Source of the DNA: Octopus sinensis
Lineage: Eukaryota
Assembly: GCF_006345805.1 (NCBI RefSeq)
Contig: NC_042998.1
Span: 18,786,001 to 18,850,000, forward strand
Direction of reading: 5' to 3'
Length of the DNA stretch: 64,000 nucleotides
Shown here: in pieces, positions 1-12,773 of the stretch
How positions within the stretch are numbered: position 1 is the first letter of the stretch
Layout: each line of letters begins with the position of its first letter
Program-made: the position numbers and the translations under genes
Notes under the pieces: generated by a model
Database searches by the model: none
Seen by the model: the letters and a program-made list of their open reading frames with translations, nothing else
Told to the model about the DNA's origin: nothing

Positions 1-174
1 AATAACAACAACCTTTATGTTTCTGCGTTATGTGCATGTATACTATTTGTATACATATGTATTTATACACAGGCATTTTTCAACATGCACACGCGTAGGC
101 TCACACGCACACACACATAAACATAAATACACATCGTCAAACACGGAATAACATGTTTTTTCATTTATCTAACT

Positions 175-468
175 GAGGCGCAATAGCCCAGTGGTTAGGG
201 CAGCGGACTCGCGGTCGGAGGATCGCGGTTTCGATTCCCAGACCGGGTGTTGTGTGTCTTTATTGAGCGAAAACACCTAAAAAGCTCCACGAGGCTCCGG
301 CAGGGGGTGGTTATCCCTGCTGTAGTCATTCACCACATTTCTCTCACTCTTTCTTCTGTTGGCCTGCTCGCTTAGCCAGTCGGGTGGCGTAATTTGAAGG
401 CTAAAACAATGCAAACGCATTGTGACCAGCGATGTGTCATCTGATGGTCTGGTCGGTCAAGTGATCAA

Positions 469-472
<4 letters not shown>
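175..472 (+). mobile_element. SINE family A (tRNA-derived head), tail variant 2
   Basis: A-box-like TAGCCCAGTGG and B-box-like GTTTCGATTCC. Shares its body with copies at 5758, 6047, 14512, 21602, 30307 and 38311. Ends in a TA tract. Confidence 0.85.
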
Positions 473-503
<31 letters not shown>

Positions 504-720
504 TACATATATGTGTGTGTATTGGTATTTATGCATGTATATTTATGTATGTATAAATAAGTATATATATTTATATATACATCCATATATATAAAGATAT
601 ATACGTTATAAAAATAGCGTTCAGTAAAATAATTTACTTTACCACACACAGAACTTTTTAGAAAGTTAGGTGTGTGGTATAGTAAAATATTTTTGAACCC
701 TATTTTATAATATAAAGATA

Positions 721-732
721 TATAAATATATG

Positions 733-792
<60 letters not shown>

Positions 793-801
793 ATATAAGA
801 G

Positions 802-846
<45 letters not shown>

Positions 847-870
847 TTAGATAGATAGATAGATAGATAG

Positions 871-915
<45 letters not shown>

Positions 916-928
916 TGATAGATAGAAG

Positions 929-965
<37 letters not shown>

Positions 966-990
966 TGATAGATAGATAGATATACATATA
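721..990. repeat. Compound microsatellite (TA)n-(GA)n-(GATA)n
   Basis: Read directly from the sequence. Confidence 0.95.
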
Positions 991-1345
991 GATAATAGTC
1001 GGACTACAGGTAGTGACTGGCAGAGTAACCATTTTGCTGCCTGGAGAAAAGACCGAAGATATGCGCAATGATATACATATGGAAGATCCTAGTGGGGCTA
1101 GCACCAAAGTTTAACCTCGAGCACCTGAATACCAGCACATGAACAGGATATTCATGCACTGTTCTAAAAGTCCTAACCATTATGTCTGCTATAAATAATA
1201 ATCCAAGGGTCCACAGCAATCCTAGACCTTAGAAATCAACTTAGTGTGGGGGGGATATTCTCAAGATTACATCCTTACCTTTAGCTGTCCAAGATCCCAG
1301 ATGAAACTACATTGCGGCAAGAAACTCAAATGAGGGTAACAATAC

Positions 1346-1581
1346 CTATTTCTTTACTACCTACAAGGGGCTAAACACAGAGAGGACAAGCAAGGAGAGA
1401 CACACGGATTAAGTCGATTATATCGGCCCCAGTGCGTAATTGGTACTTATTTAATCGACCCCGAAAGGATGAAAGGCAAAGTCGACCTCAGCGGAATTTG
1501 AACTCAGGACGTAGCGGCAGACGAAATACCGCTAAGCATTTCGCCTGGCGTGCTAAAGTTTATGCCAGCTCACTGTCTTCA
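1346..1581 (-). mobile_element. SINE family C monomer (tRNA head plus Nin/Deu-like domain) with 14-bp TSD
   Basis: Contains GCCTTTCATCCTTTCGGGGTCGAT on the minus strand. Flanked by GAGGGTAACAATAC at 1332-1345 and 1582-1595. Confidence 0.85.
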
Positions 1582-2232
1582 GAGGGTAACAATACCGCAC
1601 TCCCACTTTCACCAACAGACGACCACATGGAAATGACGATTGACGATAATGGTGGTACCTCCGCCTGGCCACAGTATTTTCAATGAAATGCTGAAAAGTA
1701 TATAAGAATACACGCACACAAACACAACCACGAACACACAGAATTATATGTGTGTGGGATGTGTGCGTGTGTGTTTGTCGTTTCATTTAAGCCGACTAAA
1801 GTCTACTCTTGAAGTTGTTCAGACGAAAGAAGCATATAGCGAATGCACAAACCGTCAGCCGTGCGTTTATTCAGACGTCGTATAACATTCGAATGTCTAC
1901 ATCTCCTATGCACTAGGTCAAAGGAACAAACCGAGTCAATACAAATAGAATGTAAATAAACCTAAAGAGCAAATACACAGTGATCAATGAAGATTTGTCG
2001 CGATATATTTTTCTAAATGATATATGTTATAAAAATATTGTAGAGTCGTTTCAATAAGATTTGTCTCGCTCTATTCATCCAAGTTTCCTTGACTATCAAT
2101 GTATCAGCCTCAAGACTGTTTGCTGATGTAAACAGGATCAGTACTTAGATGAAAACAAACAAATATGTATACATAAATGCAAGCTCCCGTCTATCCAATC
2201 ATTCGGCCATACAAACATTAATAGTTTCTCAC

Positions 2233-2369
2233 ACACACACAAACACACATACACGCATACATACGTTTATAATATGAATGCATGCACATATTGATATACA
2301 CAAGTGTATGCATGTATATATATATACGTATATATATATATGTACATATATATATACATATACATACAT

Positions 2370-2452
<83 letters not shown>
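2233..2452. repeat. (CA)n/(TA)n microsatellite
   Basis: Read directly from the sequence. Confidence 0.9.
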
Positions 2453-2454
<2 letters not shown>

Positions 2455-3309
2455 TCTTTTTTACTCTTTTACTTGTTTCAGTCATGAGGACTGTGGCTAT
2501 GCTGAGTCAATTTCTATTAGATATGTGTGACTCCTACTATATGTGTTCTCTCGTGTGTTCACTCACTTGTATACCCTTATGATATTACTTTATGTATTTA
2601 TATATTATGATCGTAGAGACAACTTGAATATCACTTTGACATGTTTCAAGATACCATAGATAGATTTATTCCAAGCTGTGTCCACTTACTCCTCTCTTCG
2701 TTAGGTTGCTTTCCTTTGAACCTCAAAGTAGCCGACAGTGAAATGTTGGGGAAAAAATACCGTTTTATACTTACCTCTTTGTCATTGTACCTTGGCCTCA
2801 GTTTCAAATCTGATAGAACTGATATATCTTAGAAGGGTTATCAACAATCTTAATTTTTTTTTTTTTAGACATTATATTATTCTGTTATTTCATTAAACTT
2901 AAACTACTTTACTGATTTCACATGCAGGTACTTCACTATTATTTTCGGTACGTTGAACCGCATAGCGACTTAGACATTTTGACAATACACACGTAGTTTG
3001 AAACCATGACTAATATTTGTTACATTTTTGTAAACAACTCCTTGTCTGACTGCAGTCAAAAGTATTTTTCACAAAATATCACATACAATTAATATTCAAA
3101 TATCTATGAGCGCACTATTGTTTATTTATTCAGATCATTGGAATGCACCTATGTTGAGACAACACCTTGAAGGGTTTTAGTCGAGCGAATTGGCTCTAGT
3201 CCGCATTGCTATCGTTCTTGTATGCCGAACCGCTCCGTTAGGGGGACATAAACAAACCAAGACCAGTTATCGAGCAGTGAGAGAGACAAACATAAGCACC
3301 AAATTGCAC

Positions 3310-3512
<203 letters not shown>

Positions 3513-3515
3513 TTA

Positions 3516-3895
3516 TAGGCGCCGGTGTAGCTTTGTGGTAAGAAGCTTGCTTCTCAATCTCATGGGTCTAGATTCAGTCCCACTGCGTAGCACCTTGTGC
3601 AAATGTCTTCTACTATAGCCCCAGGCCGACCAAAGACTTGTGAGTAGATTTGGTAGACGGAAACTGAAAGAAGCCCGTTGTGTATATATACATATATGTA
3701 CATGTTCGTGAGTTTGTGTTTGTTTCCCCACTACCGTCGCTTGACAATCGATGTTGGTGTGTTTATGTCCCCGTAACTTAGTGGTTCGGCAAAAGAGCCC
3801 AATGGAATAAGTACTAGGCTTACAATGAATAAGTTCTCGGGTCGATTTGTTCGACTATAGGCCGCAGTCAAATGACTGAAACAAGTAAAAGAGTA
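3516..3895 (+). mobile_element. SINE family B (tRNA-like head, internal TA/TG microsatellite, LINE-like tail)
   Basis: Head GGCGCCGGTGTAGCTTTGTGGTAAG, central GGTAGACGGAAACTGAAAGAAGCCC, tail CAGTCAAATGACTGAAACAAGTAAAAG. About 14 copies in the window. Confidence 0.85.
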
Positions 3896-5340
3896 AGCCT
3901 CTATACAGTATATTCGGTCTAAAATATGTCGTGGTACACTGAGCGTTACTCCTTTCTGCTCTAATTTGTTGAGTTGCTACTCCGCCTATTCTAAATGTTC
4001 ATGCATTCTGTTCTTGTGAGATGATATCGAAAGCATTAGTGATCCTGGCAAAATACTTTTGCTCATGCTTTGCTTTCACGGCTGCTGTTTAGTTGTGTTA
4101 CACTTGTCACGGCAGTTATTACTTTTCATTCGGATGGGATCTGATAGAGATTTTGTTTGTGCTCTTATAAACGGTTGCTAAGGTGATAGCAATGCACAAT
4201 TTTACTCTGCTAATCATATTGTGAGTTTACATTTGTTGCAGTTACAGTTGTTTGTGATGATTTTTCTAGTTGTAGGTCTTGCGGTTGTTGTTACGGTAAT
4301 GGTCGCCACTGACGTTGCTGCTACTATTTTTAATTACTATTAGTTGAGCGAAGTGCCATTGAAATGCCGCACACATACGCTTGGAATAGGGGGCATGCTT
4401 TCTTTTTATTCTTCTTCGATCTCCTAAGTACTGAATTGGGGCTTTGCTGCTGCGTAGCTCTATTACCCGGACACCAAGAACAGCTTCTTTTCTCTTGCCG
4501 TAGAAAACGCTCCTTAGCTCTCACAACGCAATCTTAGTAGTTCGCGTTGAAGAAATGTTCATGGACCAATGTTACTACCAGCACATCAGTCACAATACCT
4601 TTTCTAAGCGCCTCTTCTAGGTTACAAACTATCTCTCTTCTACTCTAGAACTAACCACAATCGGTTATTGACGATTGATCCCTATCAAACCCAACTTTAT
4701 TATTTCTCGAATTCAATCCCTGTAGATTTGGCGCGAAGGGGAAGACAAGTTCAGTTTCCTGTAATTGAGTCAGTGACTTTGATCTTTATCAAGGTCGATT
4801 GTACAAGTCACAAATGTTTGGTCTGTGAAGGTGACTACTTTCAATTGAGAACAACTTATGCTGTTTCTATCTGCTGGTCTACAGAATATTCCATATACTT
4901 TACGGTTGATATGATGCCACTGGCTCATGTCTACATTGGTGCATTCTTGAAATCCAATATGTAGCTCTCAGTAAAGTAAAAGTGACTGTGCAGTTTATCG
5001 AAGCGTTTGCAACTATTTTCCTATTAGGTAGCTCCACAAAATCAGATGATTATCGAAAGTGGCGTTCTAGTTGCTCACTAGCAATAAAACAGACGTTCCG
5101 AGGTAAAACCTCCACACGCTTAAAGAGAACTGGCCACCCTCTGTCTTTCAGGTCATACGCGATGCCTTGTTGCGAATCGTCCCCTTCGCTGTTATATCCA
5201 AGACCACCATGGTACAATGCATTGAACTGCAAGTGTATTTTACAGGTTTGAGTGATTTATTATTTTGAGAGACAATTTTATCACATATATCACTGTCTTT
5301 TCATACGACTTACATATGTATTTTTTCTTTTTCTTTTTCT

Positions 5341-5630
5341 TTTTTATTTAGTTTCAGCTCACAAGCTGTGGCCATGCTGGGGCACGACCATTTGGTGTTG
5401 TTACATGATTTTACTTCACGAATGCTTTTTAGCAAATGCCATCTGGTGCATGAGAGAGTTCGATGCAGCTGCCGTCATCTGCACCTCCTGCTCTGAAGTT
5501 GGTTTATCTGGGACACCTGACAAGAAGAGATCTAGTTTCATTTTAAAGACATCTGCATCCACCCCATGCAGGTCTCTTAGGTTCTTCGGGAGGATATTGA
5601 AGAGCTGTGGGCCTCGGAATGTATGTCTTG
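5341..5630 (-). pseudogene. 5'-truncated CR1-group LINE: ORF2 C-terminus plus 3' UTR
   Basis: RGPQLFNILPKNLRDL...FKMKLDLFLSGVPDKP...AAASNSLMHQ is a typical CR1-group ORF2 end. It is followed by a short UTR and an A-rich tail. Confidence 0.8.
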
Positions 5631-5757
5631 ATATATTATCAATTAGTATGCACACAGAAAAATATATACATGCAAACATGCATTCACCCACATTCACACA
5701 CACGTTCACAGAGACACGCACAAACATATATATATATGTATATATGTATATATTAAT

Positions 5758-6022
5758 ATCACCGTGATCACCTTGACCGACCAGGCTATCAGATGTTGCT
5801 ACACATTGTTTGCATTGTTTTTTAGCCTGGCTAAGCTGACTAAGCGTGCAGGCCAAGAGAGAAAGTTGTGGCGAAAGAGTACAGCAGGGATCACTACCCC
5901 CTGCCGGAGCCTCGTGGAGCTTTAGGTGTTTTCGCTCAATAAACACTCACAACGCCCGGTCTGGGAATCGAAACTCCAACCGCGAGTCAACTGCCCTAAC
6001 CACTGGGCCATAGGGCCTCCAC
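5758..6022 (-). mobile_element. SINE family A, tail variant 2 (degraded)
   Basis: Reverse complement of the 175-472 element, with deletions. Confidence 0.8.
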
Positions 6023-6046
6023 ATATATTAATATATATATATATAT

Positions 6047-6347
6047 ATCACGTGATCACGTGACCGACCAGACTATCAGATGTTGTTACACATCGCTGGT
6101 CACAATGCGTTCGCATTGTTTTAGCCTTCGAATGACGCCACCCCGCTGGCTAAGCGAGCAGGCCAACAGAAGAAAGAGTGGGACAAAGAGTGGTGAAAGA
6201 GTACAGCTGGGATGACCACCCGGAGACTCGTGGAGCTTTTAGGTGTTTTCGCTCAATAAACACTCACAATGCCCGGTCTGGGAATCGAAACTACGATCCT
6301 TCAGCCGCGAGTCCACTACCCTAACCACTGGGCCATAGCGCCTCCAC
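6047..6347 (-). mobile_element. SINE family A, tail variant 2
   Basis: Full head. Tail ends in TCACGTGATCACGTGA next to a TA tract. Confidence 0.85.
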
Positions 6348-6352
6348 ATATA

Positions 6353-6386
<34 letters not shown>

Positions 6387-6394
6387 TATCGATA

Positions 6395-6466
<72 letters not shown>

Positions 6467-7650
6467 ATGTATGTATATATTGTACAAAAATACACACATA
6501 TGCATACAGACACGTATACACAGGTATAAATATATTCATATGGTTTTAACTAAAGTAATAATGATGCGTTTCGCCTTTGAATAAAGTTCAATAAGACTAA
6601 TTTTCCAATAAATCCATTTCAGTATCGAACATATATTCTGCACAAGAAAAGTCCCTAAATAATGCAAGATATTGGAGAAGCAATTTGGAATCCTGCAATA
6701 TAATACCATGAATAAAAGTGATTTAACTTCCCATATTGCAGCCGTTGTGGACTTCAGATTCACTTATCAGCGAATCCTGAGTGATTTTGGTTTAAAAGAA
6801 CTTTAGTTTAAAAGGATTTTAGTGGTATAAACTACTTGTGGTTGTTAATATCTCACTGGATGTGCATATACCGATTGATAATAGAGTAACGTGGGATGTA
6901 TAGTCTTGGAAAGCACTGATATTAAGCACTGTCGTACTTTGATTTAAACAACTTCATCAAAGAGAAAGGCGTAATCGCTCGGAGACGAAGGCGTGAAGAT
7001 ATCAGATGCAAATAAATAAAACGCGTTTCCTTAATTGTCATGAGTAAACTCGTGAAATACAATCTCATTGAATGCTTGAAATACAGTACGCTGGTACATA
7101 AAGGCAAATAATCTACATGAGAGAAAGCAAGAGTTGGAGATGAGAGAAAGGAAGTGGAGGAAAAATGAGATATTAAGAGAGATGTAGGGTGGGAGAGAGG
7201 GAAGTTAAGAAATAGGGAATAGGGAGATATTTGATGAATGAATCACGTGCCTTCTGAAACATGATATATCAAGGGAAGAGAAAATGATCAGACTGTGATG
7301 AAGGTTTGAAATTTATTAGGACTTAGAAGACAGTGTATTGAAGCAACAACTCTTTAACCTTCTATTCACTTCTCTCTCTCTCTCTCCGTCTCCATCTCCC
7401 TAATTATCTCTGTATATATGAGTCCTTTCTAGAATTGTTCGTATTCCTTGTATCAAACGCATTCAACGAAATTGTATGTAATGATTCTCCGTGTGATAAT
7501 TACACAAGCGGACACGCATATACATGCATTCACATACACAAACACAGGGACATACACACGCACACGCACGCGCGTGCACATACACACATATATATGTGCA
7601 TATATACATACATATATATATATGTGCGCATATATATCTGTGTATATATA

Positions 7651-7713
<63 letters not shown>

Positions 7714-8480
7714 TCAGCAACATTTAGATTCAGATGAATATGGTACTTAAGTTAAAGGCACCAGAATTTTGTATGGTATTATCCATATAAATCAAATGGG
7801 GTGATTATTAAAATAAGCAACAAAGATATCCAAGGTAGAGTATTACAATTCTTTCATGCTACTTCATTTTATTAAACACTGTATTACATCAGTTTTAAAA
7901 TGTCGAGCAATCTTCAGTCACATATAGAATTTTCCAATTAAACGGACAATGCACATTCTTATCCCTATTTCATTTGCCAACATTATAAAGAGGGTAGGTA
8001 CATAGACAGAGAGGTTAATTTCATTAAGAACATGATAGTAGTAAATTCACTCTTTCTATATTTTATCATTGAGTTTACTTTGTTATTTAGATCTATCAGT
8101 GGGGAGAGTTTTTTAATTCTTGGTTGAATAGAGACAAACAAGATTTTTTTCTATTTATAGATAAAGGAAGGGGTAGTACAAAGTCAAAGCCATAAACCCA
8201 TCCTCATTTTGAGGAATTCTGTTTAGATATATTTGAATGTATTATAGCAAAAAGCTAGTAGGCTGAAGTTAGTGGGGTAGGGGGAATAGAGACTATTAAT
8301 GATCGCGAGGTTTTCAATGTCCCTTACCATTTAACAGCCAAATTCTATATTAAAAATTTTAAGTAAATATCCTTTAGATAATTTTCTAAAGGATTTCAAT
8401 AAATATTAGTATCTTATATAGGGATAGAAAATATAGAAAATATGAAATGATTTCTATATTTACTATCCGAAAATTTTCTA

Positions 8481-8516
8481 TGCCGAAACCCGGGATCGAA
8501 CCAGGGACCTTTAGAT
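8481..8516 (-). pseudogene. 3' half of tRNA-Phe(GAA); 5' half absent
   Basis: ATCTAAAGGTCCCTGGTTCGATCCCGGGTTTCGGCA matches the canonical metazoan tRNA-Phe 3' half as I recall it. No D-arm or anticodon half is seen nearby. Confidence 0.85.
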
Positions 8517-8756
8517 ACAAAATACATTTCGATTTATATACATATACACAAATATATATATAACTATATGTATGCGCACGTGTGTGTTTTGTGCTCTGAG
8601 TCACAAACCCTTGTTGCGTTTCTCCTTTTGATCCACTCGATGTCCACTTAAATTTCTGTGATGTGATGTCCACGAGACCCACGACACATAAGAATGCACT
8701 GTCTCCAGAAATAAATGCTTTCAAATTTTTTCATAATGTCAGCCATTTTGGTGATG

Positions 8757-9100
8757 GGGATGTATCGATTACCAGAGTTCAATTGGTACTTAATTTATCG
8801 ATCCCGAAAGGATGAAAAGCAAAGTAGACCACGGCAGAATTTAAACTCAGACCTAGCGGCTGACGAATACCTATTTCTATTTTTATTACCACAAGGGGCT
8901 AACATAGAGGGGATAAACAGGACAGACATAGGTATTAGTCGATTATATCGACCCCAGAGCGTACCTGGTACTTAATTATCGACCCCGAAAGGATAAAAGG
9001 CAAAGTTGACCTCGGTGGAATTTGAACTCACAACGTAACGGTGACGAAATACCGCTAAGAATTTCGCCTGGCGTGCTAACGATTCTGCCAGCTCGCCACC
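8757..9100 (-). mobile_element. SINE family C dimer (diverged)
   Basis: Head at about 9100, followed by two related units of about 180 bp. Confidence 0.8.
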
Positions 9101-9119
9101 TTGTTTACAGTAATAAATA

Positions 9120-9884
9120 CTCTTTTCTAATCTACACACAATACACGAAATTTTGAGGAAGGGAGTCAGTCGATTAGATCGACCCTGGTACGCAACTGGT
9201 ATTTAATTTATCGACCCCGAAGTGATGAAAGACAAAGTCGAATTCGGCTGAATTTGAACTCAGAACGTTAAAGACAATCGAAATACCTATTTCTTTATTA
9301 CCCACAAGGGGCTACACACAGATGGGACAAACAGGGAAAGACAAACGGATTAAATCGATTCTATAGACCCCAGTGCGTATCTGGTACTTATTGAATCGAT
9401 CTCGAAAGGATGAGAGGCAAAGTCGACCTCGGCGGAATTTGAACTCAGAACGTAGCGGCAGACGAAATACCTATTTCTTTACTACCTACAAGGGGCTAAA
9501 CACGGAGAGGACAAACAAGGACAGGCAAACGGATTAAGTCGATTAGATCAACCCCAGTGCGTAACTGGTACTTAATTTATCGACCCCGAAAGGGTGAAAG
9601 GCAAAGTCGACCTCGGCGGAATTTGAACACAGAACGTAGTGGCAGACGAAATACCTATTTCTTTACTACCCACAAGGGGCTAAACACAGAGAGGACAAAC
9701 AAGGACAGACAAACGGATTAAGTCGATTAGATCAACCCCAGTGCGTAACTGGTATTTAATTTATCGACCCCGAAAGGATGAATGGCAAAGTCGACCTCGG
9801 CGGAATTTGAACTCAGAACGTAGCGGCAGACGAAATACCGCTAAGCATTTCGCCCGGCGTGCTAACCTTTCAATTAGCGCGCCT
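9120..9884 (-). mobile_element. SINE family C tetramer with terminal tail
   Basis: Four units. Flanked by CCTTGTTT(A/C)CAGTAATAAATA at 9099-9119 and 9885-9905. Confidence 0.85.
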
Positions 9885-10380
9885 CCTTGTTTCCAGTAAT
9901 AAATATTGATCTTACTGTTACGAACAGCTTTTCCAGCAAAAATATATAATAGATAACTATCCTCTTTGCTATTATTCCTACCCACGCTGTCACATGTTCT
10001 GAACAGACTTGCTGAGAAAGCGGAAGTGTATACTCCTCTTGTTTGCGCACCAATTTCCTGAGAATGCTGTAGCATTTTTAATTCTGTTCTTTTTGGCGTG
10101 TCTGCTACTCAACCGCAATTTTCTTTCATTAATTCTTATATGTATATTCTTTCTTCGTGCTGTCCTACATATATATTCTCCGCCAATCCTACCCACGCCC
10201 AAGTCGTGAACTCTACTGCTTGCAGTGCCACTATGACACCTCACTCATCCATGTAGGGCTTGATATGTATACATGCAGCACCCTTATCTCAAAGGAAATG
10301 TGTGTAGGTGTGTGTGTATCTTTGCATGTGTGTATAAATTAAAGGACTAATCCACATTCAACCTTTATACACCTATATTT

Positions 10381-10424
<44 letters not shown>

Positions 10425-11043
10425 ACATATATATGGGTGTGTTTGTGTGAGTATTCAAGTACTATATGTATATATATATGTGTGTGTGTGTGTGTATGCG
10501 TGTGCGTATGTATATACATATACTCATATATATTTACATTTACATACAATATGTGTGTATATAAATGTGTGAGTGTGTGCGTAGAACCTTCGTTATTCTA
10601 CTTTTTCTTAAAAATGTAATAGCCTTTATATCTACTTTTGGATGGAAGAACATTATTTTACCCTCTCATATTAAGATTACTAGATCTTGCAGAAATATCT
10701 TATATGCTCATGGTCCGAACTATTTACATTATTTGCAGCTTTTTTTTTTTTTAAATTTACATGGCCGTATAAACCAAAATAAACTAAGCGGCTAATTGTA
10801 AAACATTCCTTCAGCTCACCTCATGAACGGTGATCAACTAACATTTAATGCATCATTCTGGCATCCGCAGCTAAATCTACTCTATGGTAAAACTGGAGTT
10901 CGCAGAACTGAGATCAATTTCAGAATATCCTTGTCCTTTTTTCATACGTTAAAACCACTTAACCTTTCCACCACATAATTAATTTTCTTAATTGCTCATT
11001 AGTCTCGTCAAGTTCTATCGTACACACCTTATTATCGCTAAAG

Positions 11044-11263
11044 TAACATCAGGCAAATCTTCCGCCAGCTGGTTATCGGTACAGCGTTGCACCCTATATA
11101 TTGCTAGCAGGGAGAACGAACCCCTACAGTCCTCTAGTAGACAACAGGATCACGAGACTGACTCAGTTTCGAGCTGGTTGGCTCATTCTCAGTCGCAAGT
11201 GCCTCGGGTTTAGCTCCCAGCGCTACACTGATAACCAGCTGGCGGAAGATCAGCCTGGGGTTA
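11044..11263. mobile_element. MITE-like foldback element, about 50-bp imperfect inverted arms
   Basis: ATCTTCCGCCAGCTGGTTATC at about 11057-11077 is the reverse complement of GATAACCAGCTGGCGGAAGAT at about 11230-11250. Confidence 0.65.
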
Positions 11264-11407
11264 AACGAAATTAACTTCCTAATGCCAAAGCATAACCAGA
11301 TACTATTAAATAGGGCTTTTTACAAATGAAGACAAAATTCCCTTGCAATGTAATAATGTACTGTTTAACCACCTGCTTTTTGAAAACTGGTTCCCTCGCA
11401 CCCACAC

Positions 11408-11613
11408 TCTTTTACTCGTTTACTTCTTTCAGTCATTTGACTGCGGCCATGCTGGAGCACCTCCTTTAGTCGAGCAAATCGATCCTAGGACTTATTCCTT
11501 GTAAGCCTAGTACTTATTCTATCAGACTCTTTTCCTAAACCGCTAAGTTACGGGGACGTAAACACACCACCATCGGTTGTCAAGCGATGGTGGCGGGACA
11601 AAGAGACACACAG

Positions 11614-11650
<37 letters not shown>

Positions 11651-11840
11651 ATATATATATATATATACATATATACGACGGGCTTCTTTCAGTTTCCGTC
11701 TACCAAATCCACTCACAAGACTTTGGTCGGCCCGAGGCTATAGTAGAACACACTCGCGCAAGGTGCCACGCAGTGGGACTGAACTCGGAACCATGTGGCT
11801 GTTTAAGCAAGCTACTTACCACACAGCCACTCCTGTGCCT
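11408..11840 (-). mobile_element. SINE family B
   Basis: Full-length match to the family B structure. Confidence 0.9.
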
Positions 11841-12380
11841 TATCCTGTTCATTTATCTAATATGTTCCAGTGGCAAACCAGTTACTCGTTTCCTCAAGTT
11901 TACAAACGTCTCCGCTTCAACTTTGTATGTAAGCTTTAACTTAACAATAAACTCGTCAGTTGATTTTAAGATAAGTTCCTCTAACGTATACCTAAATTAT
12001 CCTTGCCGGTTACCTTTATTTGGCAACCTTCCCCATAATCTTTCTCAAATTTTTATTTATAATAATATATCAGTGTTTTAATCAAATCATTGGATTTGTT
12101 ATTGACAGACAAGCTTCGCGGCTACAATTTTTGTGAATTTGTTTACTACTCCACTATTATTCATTTTAACTACTATATAATCTACTTAAAATATAAGGAT
12201 AATTGTAATAAAGTTTTTTGACATGATAAGAGCATTTAACTCAGAAAATGTTTCTTCAGAGAAGTGAAAAGACACTTGTTAGAATTTTGAAGAGCGTAAT
12301 ATAGAGTTTCATGGCTGGCACATTTAAACTTTAAGATATATTGTTTCCGTCCCAAAGTGTATTTTTTCCCTTTACTTCAA

Positions 12381-12773
12381 AATTAGCAGTATCGCCCGGC
12401 GTTGCTCCGGTTTGTTTCGACCCTTTAGAATTGGAATTTCTGAAAAGAAAAAATATTGCATTATGTAGCTTGTTATTCTCTTTAAGCGAACATTTTTCTG
12501 GTTGAAATACACCGAAAACTGGCAACACAGCAGTCAAAAAATCGTCAAAAATAGGGATTTTCATAGAAAAAAAGCACCATTTTGATGTAAATATTTTTTG
12601 GTGTTAACAGGTCCGTTTTGAATTTTGTCTTCTACTGAAGAAAGAGCAAGCCTTCTTCTTTAATACTTTCAATTTTGGTCAACTTGCGCTGCAGGGTCTC
12701 GGAGGAGATAGTAATAGTTGAAGGCTACCAAACCTGTCATACACAGACAACTTCAGCTTTATATAGAGAGAGA
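12381..12773 (+). mobile_element. Helentron-associated HINE (DINE-1-like) non-autonomous element
   Basis: 5' TAGCAGTATCGCCCGGCGTTGCTCCGG hairpin and 3' CAGACAACTTCAGCTTTATATAGAGAG end. A second copy lies at 58225-58620. The class assignment rests on end motifs only. Confidence 0.65.

Noticed and set aside
175-260. Functional tRNA genes at the SINE heads
   Set aside because: They have A/B boxes but no closed acceptor stem, and they continue into repeat bodies.
1280-1692. 162-nt minus-strand exon appearing once the SINE is removed (CAG acceptor, AAG|GTAAGG donor)
   Set aside because: It needs excision of a fixed SINE, the peptide is not protein-like, and an open frame of this length can occur by chance.
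2774-2826. Minus-strand micro-exon with a perfect AG|GTAAGT donor (DISVLSDLKLRPRYNDKE)
   Set aside because: Isolated splice signal with no recognisable homology and no linked exon.
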